A stretch of 62,921 nt of DNA, counting the filler, from Asterionella formosa (Eukaryota): assembly GCA_002256025.1 (NCBI GenBank). It is 5 parts of 5 records of this genome, joined end to end, with 100 filler letters (N's around TTAATTAATTAA, not from the genome) between each part and the next. Parts side by side here need not be neighbours in the genome. Positions count along the whole stretch, not along the records: positions 1 to 28,580 come from NKIB01001184.1; 4 more parts are not named here. One strand, written 5' to 3'. Below are positions 1-10,703 of the stretch, one piece after another (position 1 is the stretch's first letter; each line of letters begins with the position of its first letter). A program made the position numbers and the translations under genes. The notes beneath the pieces are model-generated. The model worked only from the letters and a program-made list of their open reading frames with translations. It was not told the origin of the DNA and ran no database searches.

Positions 1-688
1 TGAAAAAGCGCTTTTGGGTGAAGAATCTGGAATTCAACATTTATGTCCGGAACGGGTTGAAATCATCCTTTCAAACCACGAGATGGACGTCGACGAAATG
101 TCTGTTTTCCGGATGCTATCAAGGTGGGTCGAATGCCGTGAAAATGCTGACGAAGGTATGGAAATGGCGAAACGATTGTCAGCGAAAATTGATCTTACTC
201 GTATAGAAACCAGGGATCTGCAAACATCCATCAAGCAGAGCGATTTCTTTGATCAAAATATCGTTGACAAAGTCATAACACAGCAATCTATTCGAGCGTC
301 GACTGGAACCCTCTCATTTTCCTCCCTTTCGCGAAAGCAACAGCATTCCGAAGATTGTTCTCAAGAACGAGTTTTGGTTTCTGGTGCTGGTGACAGTGGT
401 GTCAATGGATTGTACTACCGAGAGAGTGAATGCAACGAGGAGGCAGAGAATCAAGAGGATTCAATTATTCATTTTAGCAAGGACAGAGACAGTTCAGGAG
501 CATTTGGATTGTATCTTTGGGGGGATGTTTGGGGTATTGCCTTGGAAGTAGACTTGAGCAATACATATTACCAGTGCCAACGAACTTCAGGCAATCAAGT
601 CCCGGAAGTGGGGTGGACAACTGGGATACAGGGGGAATCCCCACCACCCACCTGTACCTGGATCAGTGCAGGTTCATCACATAACTGA
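1..688 (+). CDS. BTB/POZ-BACK protein, 3' part (5' end lies outside the window); paralog of 3443-4732
   Basis: BACK-like segment (EMDVDEMSVFRMLSRW..IDLTRIETRDL) and C-terminal VLVSGAGDSGVNGLY..FGLYLWG..VDLSN..VPEVGW..PPP domain align by eye with the downstream paralog. Confidence 0.8.
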   Translation, partial: EKALLGEESGIQHLCPERVEIILSNHEMDVDEMSVFRMLSRWVECRENADEGMEMAKRLSAKIDLTRIETRDLQTSIKQSDFFDQNIVDKVITQQSIRASTGTLSFSSLSRKQQHSEDCSQERVLVSGAGDSGVNGLYYRESECNEEAENQEDSIIHFSKDRDSSGAFGLYLWGDVWGIALEVDLSNTYYQCQRTSGNQVPEVGWTTGIQGESPPPTCTWISAGSSHN

Positions 689-1490
689 GATTCATTAACA
701 TCGTCTTTATTAGTCAGTGCTTTTAAAAAAATTAAATTGTACATGTTAAATGCTTAAGAGGGGGGGGGGGGCTTAAGCCTAGTTTAGAATAGAGCGTTGC
801 TAGGATTGTGAAATTTTCATCGAACAAGGAGTTTGTTTCTCTGAATTCCCATGATTTGAGCACAAAGTTTGAATATTGAAATTGAATAGTAATTGGTGCC
901 AAATTGGTAGAGTTCCATTTCAATCAAAAATAAAAATATTTTACACTCTCAAAATAATCTATGATAACATTATACAAATGAAGGTTCTGATTCCAATATT
1001 TTGGCGATTTTTGAAAAAGCCAATATGGTTGACTATTTGGAAAGGATTGCTCGATGGTGGCAGGATTTCATGGAGATAAAAAATTAAAGCCATTTACCTT
1101 GTAATTTTAGGAGTCACACAGTTATCCCTCCTTGATTTGTTACTATGCTCGATAGCCCCTTTTTGACTTTTTGGGATAGTAAAAATTCCTAGAGGGATAA
1201 CTGCAACTACTCTTCAGAAATGAGGTCCTACCCATATCTTCTTAGGATAATACATACCCTTAGTAATCCGAATAATGACTGTACCTAAGCATTTGCAAAA
1301 GAAGGATTCTTTCCTTGACAATATGATCCGTTAGTAGTTGACGGCTGCTGCGGAGTAATAGATAGAAGTTATTGGTACGAATTTTTTCATTGACAACGAC
1401 GATAAAAGACATGCTCATTCAACAGATATCGCAACAATGACTTCGTCGTATTTGTGTTCACTTTAAAATCGCCGGATACAGAAACAAAAA

Positions 1491-2336
1491 CTAGATGATA
1501 ACAATAACACTTATTAAGAATTGGTTAAAGACTCGCTCTTGATCTTTGAGACATGATGGAGTACCGCAAAAGTCATCAAAAGAACCAAAGAAGTATCTGA
1601 AAAGAAACGGCGCTCCCTTGACTCCTGAATCATCAACAAGGTTGTCTCCTCGCCTAAAGAAGTATCTGAAAAGAAAAGGCTCTTCCTTTACTCCTGAATC
1701 ATCAACAAGGAAGTCTCCTCGCCTACTACTATCAAAGCAACTTTCTACTACCAGAGAAGATATTGCCAATGACTCAAGTTCAGATTCCGAATTATCTCCT
1801 TCCCAATTGTCTGCATTTCCATCTCCAGTTCCTGCTGATATTTTATTGGATGGCGATTCTGAAAGATCCCACCAGATTATTAAGAAACAGTGATGACCTC
1901 CCAAGAATCAGAGGAAAAGAAATGCTGCAACTGCTCCCAAATATATTAAGAAGCATGGCACATACTACTATTGAGTAATTAATGTGGTCTTCTTCGATGA
2001 GAAACATCGGCAAGATATTTTGTGTCTTGGGAATACTCCAACTATGTGTAAGTTAGATGCAAGGTAATTTCCCCATAAAGCAGTTTGGGACAAGTTATTG
2101 TATACCTTTCAACAGCAAATGAGCGCCATACACAAATGACACTTGGTGCCTCTCAAAGTTCCAATGCAGAACTTTCTCGAGCATTTTTTCTTGTAAAACG
2201 AGAGAAAAAACTAATGGATGTTGTAAGTTTGTACTGCGAAAAGTTAAGGGAAGCTCGGACTGAAGTAGCAAGCAATGAAGTGTCACAAAAATGTGATGGT
2301 AAAGAGTATCAAATGTCAGTTTTGTTGAACTTTTGA
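1491..2336 (+). pseudogene. Broken ORF, possibly the accessory (DNA-binding) ORF of the adjacent PIF/Harbinger remnant
   Basis: Fragmented basic/Ser-rich ORFs (1546-1893, 2085-2336) converge on the transposase, as in two-ORF Harbinger elements. No domain positively recognised. Confidence 0.3.
1588..1725 (+). repeat. Tandem duplication of a ~69 bp unit (KKYLKR.G...TPESSTR.SPRL x2)
   Basis: Two adjacent copies of aagaagtatctgaaaagaaa..ctcctgaatcatcaacaagg..gtctcctcgccta. Confidence 0.85.
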
Positions 2337-2519
2337 AGCCAAACTTTTTGAAGCTTTGGATGCACTGACCAAGAATTCTGTAGCTCTCATACAAACAGCT
2401 GAAGAGGATACATCTAATCATAATTAGGTTACCAATTATATTTCTAGTACTTAGTTCTTGTTATCACCTAATTCCTTCCAGGTATAGTTTGTATGCTACA
2501 TTAGTCAGTTCACGCCAGC

Positions 2520-3100
2520 ATCAGCACAACACATTAGCCGGAGGTTGCCTAAACCCTTTGTTGGTGACAACATAAAGAATAATTTGCCAAATCTGTTAAG
2601 AACCTTGTACTACATCCAACTACCTGACAGTTGGAAGATAAGCCCAGCACCCAAGAGGAGCATCATTGGGCATTGGATCAACAAGCTCCAGACTAGTCAG
2701 AAAATCCATTCCATTGGCAAGTTCTTCTTCTTTTTACTATCATCATCCATGAATAGGCAAAAATTGTGTAAGTGGGCACAAGCAGAAAGAATTGCAACTG
2801 ATTTCTTCATCCTGAAGGACAAGGATGTCCTCAGGATCCTCCATTTATTGGTGAGCAATCCAAACGTCATCTCAATTCTAATGCGTAGTTGTGAAAGGAA
2901 ATAATTGTATGCATCTTTGTTTGTTGATTCTCTTTGACTTCCAACAAATGGACAGAGCATTTGATCAGTCAATGTGTAAGCAGAATCACCTACTATGTAT
3001 TGTCCTGGATGAAGGTTGGATACAATCTGAAAAAGTTTTGTTCTTTCAAATACCTTCTGATCTGGACATTTTCCTGGTGCCACGACACCAAAGTATACCT
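2520..3100 (-). mobile_element. PIF/Harbinger (DDE_Tnp_4 / HARBI1-like) transposase, 5'-truncated pseudogene
   Basis: YFGVVAPG, YIVGDSAYTL..PF, YNYFLSQLRIRIEMTFGLLTNKWRIL and ACAHLHNFC are canonical C-terminal Harbinger motifs. Frameshift near 2700; N-terminal half absent. Confidence 0.9.
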
Positions 3101-3442
3101 ACCGGTATATTAAATTTATAAAATTAGTGTTGCTTAATGCTGTATCTGCAGCGATACACACAGATACACATTTCGGAGCAACAAGAAAGTGTTGCTGGAA
3201 GCACCATATCACCCGGATGTGTGAGATACAAAAAATCGGGCGGCCGAGCAACATTTTTTTGATTTTTGTATCTCTGTTAAAAAAGATTGGCCCTAATAGT
3301 ATAGGACCAGGTACCCTGGTACCCTGGTACCATGAAATTGATGAGACATTGTCACGGCCTTGCATTATCATTCCTAGAATACCGGTAACCACTCCAGCGT
3401 TCCCTCACATTCTATATAATGATCGGACACACACGGTTTACA

Positions 3443-4732
3443 ATGCTTCATGGCGAGATTCGAGAACGGGCTAGACGATCAAATTCGGCGCCTCCCATGC
3501 CCACGCGGGCTGCCGTTGTCAAAAGTGGCGTCCCCGTTGTTACGGATCTCATTGATGGTCTGAGCCGACCTAGGTTGTGCGACTTGTCATTCAAGAGCAA
3601 AGACGGAATAATTGTCAAGGCGCCGAGGTTCATGCTGGGTATTCAATCGCAGCAATTGGAAACGCTGCTCTATGACGTGCACAAGGATGAATCAGACCTT
3701 TCCTGCTTTGAAGGGTATTCAAGTTTAGTCCTGAACGCGATGTTGGAGTACTGTGTGTCTGGTGAACTGAATGATTCGCCGTTGGCTCAGCACGAGAGTT
3801 CAGCGACAGCTCGCGAGCTAGTTCACTTGGCATCGTTTTCTGAGAAGTATGGTCTCAATGAACTCTTCGACGAAGTCTTCAAGATTGCCCGGATTTTGAT
3901 GAACAAGAGGGAACCACTAGCTGCTGCTTTCTATGACGAAAGCGCTTCCCTAAAGTTGTTTGAACGATACGCCTTGCAAATTTTTGTTGATTCACCTCAT
4001 GCAGCTCTCATGGATTCACCTGATCCTGGAATTTGCCACTTGTCATCGGCGAGGCTGATTGCACTTATTCAGGACCAGTCCTTCGAAATTGAAGAAATGC
4101 TGGCATTTCAGATCGTTCTGCAATGGCTGGAACAATCGGAGGAAGAAAATGCCTTTGACATTGCAAGACAGTGCTGCCAGTTCCTTCATCTCGAAGATAT
4201 TGAGCCCTTGGATTTATTAACAACGGTTCGTGAATCCCATCTCGTGGACGGGCTTCAAATTCTCCATGCATGCGCCAATCAAGCAGTGGCAGCACAACGA
4301 TTGGGTATATACTTTTCCCAACCTCGTGGTCCTGGATACTTCGACCGTTTATTAGTGACTGGCGCAGGAAAGTCCGGAGCCAACGGCTTGTACCATGCGC
4401 GAAATGAGGACGATGATGGGATGAAAACTATTTATCTAAAAACTAGTGAGCGAAATGGTGGTGATTTCGGTGTGTTTATATGGGGGAAATTTTGGAATTT
4501 GGCGCCCGCAGTAGATTTGAGCAATGTGTGCTATTCAGTTCCAATTAACGAAGAAATTCCGGGATTGGTTCCAACTGAAGGTTGGAAGACCAAGGGTAAT
4601 GGAACCGACCCAGCACCTAGCTTGCGACTATTTCGGGCCAAACGAAGAATTCCAAGCATTCTTCCTTTACCGACATTGACACACAATCTTGAAGATGAGA
4701 AGAACATCAAGGACGATGTATCACGAATTTGA
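3443..4732 (+). CDS. BTB/POZ-BACK domain protein with an uncharacterised C-terminal GAG..NG.Y / P..GW domain
   Basis: BTB motifs (LCDLSFKSKDG..VKAPRFMLGIQS..LETLL, MLEYCVSGEL, SEKYGLNEL), BACK-like IEEMLAFQIVLQW, intact intronless ORF. Confidence 0.85.
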   Translation: MLHGEIRERARRSNSAPPMPTRAAVVKSGVPVVTDLIDGLSRPRLCDLSFKSKDGIIVKAPRFMLGIQSQQLETLLYDVHKDESDLSCFEGYSSLVLNAMLEYCVSGELNDSPLAQHESSATARELVHLASFSEKYGLNELFDEVFKIARILMNKREPLAAAFYDESASLKLFERYALQIFVDSPHAALMDSPDPGICHLSSARLIALIQDQSFEIEEMLAFQIVLQWLEQSEEENAFDIARQCCQFLHLEDIEPLDLLTTVRESHLVDGLQILHACANQAVAAQRLGIYFSQPRGPGYFDRLLVTGAGKSGANGLYHARNEDDDGMKTIYLKTSERNGGDFGVFIWGKFWNLAPAVDLSNVCYSVPINEEIPGLVPTEGWKTKGNGTDPAPSLRLFRAKRRIPSILPLPTLTHNLEDEKNIKDDVSRI

Positions 4733-5109
4733 GCATCGGTTGAGGCCTTTCGGGTGAGTTTGAGAAACTACGGTAAATCCGTTCATCCAAACAACACATA
4801 CTAAAACTTGTAATAAATTGTATAAAAGGACGAATACATCTGTTTCCTTGGGTATATTGCTTTCGTTTCTGATATCCCAGTAACGGAATTTGCTGCTCCA
4901 ACTTCTTGCTGGGTTTCGAAGACTATACAAGGTAGCAATAGTATCATATCCTCGAATGGTGGTGTAAAGGGAGCTAGGGTCAATTCATTCTATTATACGC
5001 TTACAAATCTCATGGAATCTGATCTTCACTATATGCAATAAAAAATCAAAAAAAACTGAAAAAATGTTTTCATTACTCAGACGCAAAACTAGTCAAAAAT
5101 ATTATAGTG

Positions 5110-6321
5110 TCATTTGCTAGCAATGGTGAAGCAAAGCAGTAAAGGTCTTGGATAGACAAGAGTCGGTTGATAGCAAACGGAAGCCATCCACCCACTGGTA
5201 CCTATTGGTCCCACTCTATCTTCATCATTGGCAAGAGTCCATCGCAGACGAGAAGCACTTAGAGCTTCCAAAACAGCAGAAATGCACATGACCGAAAGGG
5301 TGCCAGCTGGACAATGCCGGTCTCCCAGTCCCCATGGTGCAGCTGATCCCTGCGATCTACCCGGACAGAATTTCCAAGTGGATTCATTGTTGCAGCTAGC
5401 ATGTGCCAATGTTAACAAATCAACATTGACCATGTCTCCTTCTTCAACAGCCATACGTAATGCACTATTGATTTCCGAGTTATTGCCCCTGACAGGACAT
5501 CGTGGCAACGACCCCACCGGAGGCAGGATTCGTAAGGCTTCCGTCACAATAGCTCTAGAATTTCTTTTGGATTCTTCTTCTTGTTGTTGTTGTGGATGTT
5601 CTGCCATGTGAGCCAGTGCCCCAGTCAATGTTGTAGAAATGGATTGTGTCCCAGCCAACAATGCCGAGTGACAGTTTCCAACGACCTCGTCACGCACCAG
5701 CACGCCATCCACTTCCAAATGTCGTAACCGAACGGCCAGGCAGTCATCAGCGGTTACACAATTGACACAGTTTCTCACTGCATGATCAAGGTTCTCTGTT
5801 TCTTTTCCCATGCCGACTCGTTTAGCTGCAAGGTTTGACCCAAATATCGCCTTGAGTGGCCCGGCCACTTCCATCCCTTCGTTCCCAAAGACAGCACATA
5901 CCACAGCAGCTACTGCTATGGTCAGACACAAGTCTCTTGCATCGTGAGTACCAGCTGTAGTTACATTGAGTGCACATTGGACGGCAGCATCCACAGCGGC
6001 TTGTCTGGCTCCCTTGGCACCTCCAAGTGCTCTTTGTACGGCTGGTCGCTGTCGTTTCCAATCATTACCATTGGCATTGGTCAACGAATATTTGAGCAGT
6101 GGACTTTGCTTGTGTGGCTTATTATGCAGATCTTTGTTCTGAAGAATCTGCTTGGCAGTTTCGGACGATAGTACATTGATCACTTGATGATGGGTACGTG
6201 AACGAACTGCTACCGCACCAGATTTGATATCGGTTGCGGCAGCGGAAACTCGTTGCAGGGCGGTTGGACATGTCAACGCAGTTGCATCAGCATTGTCCTG
6301 GCAGCCGCATATCCATGTCAT
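5110..6321 (-). CDS. Cytochrome P450, atypical and short (~403 aa)
   Basis: WKRQR C-helix, LLAGTQS I-helix, EALR (ExxR), heme motif PWGLGDRHCPAG; first ATG at 6321. Confidence 0.85.
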   Translation of the reverse strand: MTWICGCQDNADATALTCPTALQRVSAAATDIKSGAVAVRSRTHHQVINVLSSETAKQILQNKDLHNKPHKQSPLLKYSLTNANGNDWKRQRPAVQRALGGAKGARQAAVDAAVQCALNVTTAGTHDARDLCLTIAVAAVVCAVFGNEGMEVAGPLKAIFGSNLAAKRVGMGKETENLDHAVRNCVNCVTADDCLAVRLRHLEVDGVLVRDEVVGNCHSALLAGTQSISTTLTGALAHMAEHPQQQQEEESKRNSRAIVTEALRILPPVGSLPRCPVRGNNSEINSALRMAVEEGDMVNVDLLTLAHASCNNESTWKFCPGRSQGSAAPWGLGDRHCPAGTLSVMCISAVLEALSASRLRWTLANDEDRVGPIGTSGWMASVCYQPTLVYPRPLLLCFTIASK

Positions 6322-7198
6322 TGTATAGTGACCAACTATACGTGTACAGCACTTTGTGATTGTATTTGGATTTACTCGAAACAAAAATAGAAATGAATGT
6401 TGTGAACACTTCCATCATTAGGCGTCGCTCAAGAAGAACGGCCCGAAATGGCCGAGTCGTGTTTTCCAATTTCTCAAATTCTGCCTCACCGGTATCACAT
6501 CATAATCCGGGGAAAAAACGAAGCAAATAAAAATATTTATTACCAGTATGATCTTTTTATATTATGTACATACCTGTCTATGGTTAATTAATACAGCGGT
6601 ATTATTTATATTCATGATGCAATGATAATAATGGTGATGTCTTTTTCCACTGATGGCGCTATACTCTACATAAAATAATAGAGGTAATATACCGGTACTT
6701 GGTTTACCAGAACTGAGACAAAGAGATGGGAAATGCTGAGACTATTAATAATACCGGTAGCCTATTAATACCTTCCAGATACCAAAGAAGAGTAGCTAAA
6801 CTTTTGGTTTTGATATAATATGGAGTAATATGACGTCTGCAACAGAAAGATGCAGTGCATTGCATTCTAATATAGAAGTAGTTGGACGCTTGATATAAAG
6901 AAGAGAAAGAAACGAAGGACATGGACTTGGGTTGCTTCTACCAGTGCACTTTGGGATAGACTACTTCTGGATATTGAAGTATCAATTGAGGCTTAGCTAT
7001 GTATTTCCCACAGTCCTTCACGATTGTATTTGCCCAGCCTCAGTCAGTATTGTAAGAGCCACACCCTATGTTGCTTCAACAAATTGTAACCGGAACGAAT
7101 TGTTTTCCACGCACTTAAACAAGTGTCCCATAGCTTTATTGATAAAATCAAAACTACTGCAACCATTTGCTGTATCACATAAAGAACTTTTTGTTTTC

Positions 7199-7939
7199 TT
7201 ACCCTGTAAACCAAGGCTCATCGTCCACTGGACCAGGTTTTGTCCCTGGCATCCAAGAATCATCTGGATTGCCCGGTTTGAAAAAATCCTTTGTCGCTCG
7301 CTTGACATTATCCTTGGCAATTTCATCCTTTCTATCTTGTATTCCATCCTTTCCTAGAGGTCGAATGACATTGGATTGGTCAGTATTCAAAAGTGAAAAC
7401 AATTCTGCATCCCAATCCACATTGTCGTCCACGGCTGGTAATTGATTCAGTTTCATATACCCCACTCGTCGCGCCACTCCAATCCGTGTCCATGCTTCCG
7501 TCGGATCTCCACGACACGCTTCCAAGGCCCATGCTGCATCTTGTGGATGACAGTTGGCATTTTCTGCCAATGACAGTACGACACGGTCAGTAACTTCATA
7601 GTAACATCCCACGCCACTGGTCAAATATCTGTCAAGTTCCGGTAACAAGTCATTTGCTTCTTTTCCAGACGGTAGCATGTTAAATAGAAGAGGAGATTCT
7701 TGAGTGGTATCAATAAAATCAATCTCATTGTCTTTGAACTCGTCGGCGGGGGGTTCATCATCATTGTTATCATCACGTGGTGCAGGACGCGGAGGCAACG
7801 GTTTGTCGTACAGGCCCATTGTCAAAGATGTCGACGACGATGACGCGACAGAAGCACATTGGTATGACTTGAAGGGTAGAACAAAGGCATCAATTCGTCT
7901 GACAAGCAGCAATGTGAAGAGTAGAGGACGAAGCGCCAT
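7199..7939 (-). CDS. Putative plastid-targeted protein with a UBA-like segment
   Basis: Signal peptide MALRPLLFTLLLVRRIDA|FVLP followed by a Ser-rich transit peptide; QDAAWALEACRGDPTEAW resembles a UBA/EF-Ts N-terminal helix bundle. Confidence 0.7.
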   Translation of the reverse strand: MALRPLLFTLLLVRRIDAFVLPFKSYQCASVASSSSTSLTMGLYDKPLPPRPAPRDDNNDDEPPADEFKDNEIDFIDTTQESPLLFNMLPSGKEANDLLPELDRYLTSGVGCYYEVTDRVVLSLAENANCHPQDAAWALEACRGDPTEAWTRIGVARRVGYMKLNQLPAVDDNVDWDAELFSLLNTDQSNVIRPLGKDGIQDRKDEIAKDNVKRATKDFFKPGNPDDSWMPGTKPGPVDDEPWFTG

Positions 7940-8323
7940 GAGGATGGAGGATGAGACACACATCAGCAGGTACAAACAAGTATAAGAACAAAAGAAGCAA
8001 AGGAGCAGATGATGAACACGTACAGAGTATAAATAACATACCATAATTATACTACATGTGAGAGTCACAAATACGACCAGTACGGTAATTTTAAAAAAAT
8101 AAAAGAACACTTGCCATGTGAAGACCAGCAAGGAAGGTTTTGTTCTTATGATGCACAATATTAAAGAAAATATATTTTGGCATGATGGGTACTCTACCTG
8201 TATTAAGTTAACTAAATATGAAAAAGGTCTTCATCCATAACAGCTAGATACTAGCCTACTTGTAGGAAAGTATGGCTGGTATGTATCCATCCTGCATCAA
8301 CAAAAAACACAAGAACAAGGTGA

Positions 8324-9396
8324 CTACCCCAAACGCTTCTTGATCTGAGCAATGGCCTTGGCAGGATTCAAATGCTTGGGGCAAACCTTGGTGCAGTTCA
8401 TAATTGTATGGCAGCGGTACAACTTGAATGCATCGTCCAATTCCTCCAGCCGCTTTTGTGACTGTCCATCTCTGGAATCCTGAATCCATCTATAGGCCTG
8501 CATCAATACAGCAGGCCCCAAGTACTTGTCCCCATTCCACCAGTAAGAAGGGCACGACGTCGAACAGCACGCACATAGGATACATTCATACATGCCATCC
8601 AACTTGGCCCGATCTTCACGCGTTTGCAACCATTCCGCTTGTCCTTCCTTCTTGTCGTGTGCAGGTTGCAACCATGGTTGGATGGACCGGTACTGTTCAT
8701 AAAAGTTTCCCATATCAGGGACCAAATCTTTAATGACATACATGTGAGGGAGAGGGTAAATCTTGGTGGCAGCCGCTGATTCCTTGTCAATGTATGCCAA
8801 ACAAGCCAACGTGTTGGATCCATTAATGTTCATGGCGCAAGAGCCACAAATGCCTTCACGGCACGAACGACGAAAGGTAAGAGTGGGGTCTTGCTCGTCC
8901 TTGATTTTGATGAGAGCATCCAGTACCATGGGACCGCAAGTGTTCATGTCGACGGGGTATGTGGACTAAAGCAGTTCAAATGTATGTATGTTTGGGTTTA
9001 CAATGAGTGATGTGAGTTTGGAGTGTTCAACAGCAAAAGCATGAATCACAAACGGAAGCAAAACTGTACTTGCCAGCCGGTACTTACCAAATAAGGCTTT
9101 TGGTTCTGTTCCGGATCCCAACGATAAATCTTGAAATACTTGATCTTTTCCACAGTAACAGAAGGAGCCTTCGCTGCTCCCTTGAGATTCGCTGTGTCGG
9201 TCGACAATGAACGGCTGATGCCTCGGTGAATCTTTTTCTTGTTGTCGCAAAATATTGGGAGTTGTTGTGAGTGCAAACTTTATTGTCATTGCAACCTGAT
9301 TGTGATTAGATCCATCCTTCATCAACTCTCTATCATGTAGGTAGGTACGTACGCACGTACCAGTAGTGAGACGGCAGAGCGGTTGGTGGACATCAT
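8324..9396 (-). CDS. SDH2: Succinate dehydrogenase iron-sulfur subunit; 3 exons (9396-9361, ~9238-9088, 8965-8324)
   Basis: [32 protein letters not shown] and [14 protein letters not shown]e-S motifs; GT-AG introns restore the frame. The acceptor of intron 1 is uncertain by ~6 nt. Confidence 0.96.
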
Positions 9397-10139
9397 GGTG
9401 GATGGTACAATAGAATTGAAAGCAGGAGACACTATTGGAATATTAATGTATTAGCGACCGCGAGCCAGGAACAGATCAAGTGAAGAAACTGAAACAGCCG
9501 GATCTTCTTTCCAGGGCAGTAAGAAAATGTATGATGGAGTTCTCAAAACCAATTTTGTTGTTTTATACTATATCTACCCGTATGATTTACATGATATGTG
9601 TAGAGTGGCCACTGTATTACCTTCATGGTAAGTAAAGTATATACCGGTACCGACATTCTTATAGCGACCGGCAGTTGCAGATGTGGGTGAGGATGGAATC
9701 ACGGTTGCCGCTGTGGTTCGCATTGGGTCCCACCCAACGACTGCCTCATCCTCATGCACCGTATATCGTATGCAGCGGTCTAGAGACGGAACCCTTCTGC
9801 AACAATGACTTGGTCGTAATTTAGTTGAGACTAGTTCAGTCAAAGTCTGTACTCTAATATTGGTCGTATATACCTACCCCGGTAGACTCATCCTGTTCCA
9901 CACCGGTGGGCGGTCGAAAAAGCCATCATCCTTCCTCGATGTTCATCACCATCATGCTGCCATGACGCGTACGTACGTATGATGTACGGTACCTGGGGAT
10001 GCTCCGTTCTACGAAGAGACGAAAACAAAACGAAACCACTCCTCAACCCCCGTAGATTGATCATAATCACTACCAGTTACCGTATCAGCCATCCGCATTT
10101 CATCATTATCACACAAATACTGCTTCCATCACAATCAGC

Positions 10140-10514
10140 ATGTCTTGGTTTGGTGGCGGTGCAAACAAAGAAAACAAATCCATTCCTAAAGACTTTTCTT
10201 CTGGCAGTGACGACCATCTCGGGGCTGGATATTCCTCGTCGTCTCCTAATCTCATGATGGATTCATCTCGTGGCGGTGCACTTGCAGAATTGCAACAATT
10301 TCAACTCATGATTCAACAATCCATGATGGTGCAAGAAATTATTGGTGATTTAACGGAAATGGCATTTGACAAATGTATTACTGGAAAACCTAATGATCAT
10401 TTAAGTGGAAAAGAAGTGGCATGTACACATTCAGTGGTGGGGAAGTGGTTAGATACGAATGAGTTTATGAATGGAAGATTAGCCAAGAAACAGCAACAGT
10501 CTTCTGGATATTAA
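10140..10514 (+). CDS. Small Tim (Tim8/9/10/13 family) mitochondrial intermembrane-space chaperone
   Basis: LTEMAFDKCITGKP..LSGKEVACTHSVVGKWLDT matches the zf-Tim10_DDP pattern. Confidence 0.85.
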   Translation: MSWFGGGANKENKSIPKDFSSGSDDHLGAGYSSSSPNLMMDSSRGGALAELQQFQLMIQQSMMVQEIIGDLTEMAFDKCITGKPNDHLSGKEVACTHSVVGKWLDTNEFMNGRLAKKQQQSSGY

Positions 10515-10703
10515 AGTGTATTTCATATATTTTATTTATATGAATACAACGATTCTTAGATGAATGAATGAATGGTTATTACAATAACTATAATATAATA
10601 ATATCGGCAAGACATTTCAATTTTTGTATGTTTACCTGCTTTCTTGGTTTATTCTATTTTTATGTTAACCTGCTTCTTGTTATACAGTTGTTTGATTTCC
10701 TTT

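Noticed and set aside
752..800. gcttaag-polyG-gcttaag as the left TIR of the Harbinger element
   Set aside because: No matching right end found; the element is truncated at ~3100
7940..8158. N-terminal extension of the 319 aa ORF (likewise the 5' extensions of ORFs 14089-15384 and 20283-21683)
   Set aside because: Open frames running through UTR or intron; a signal peptide or splice sites define better starts
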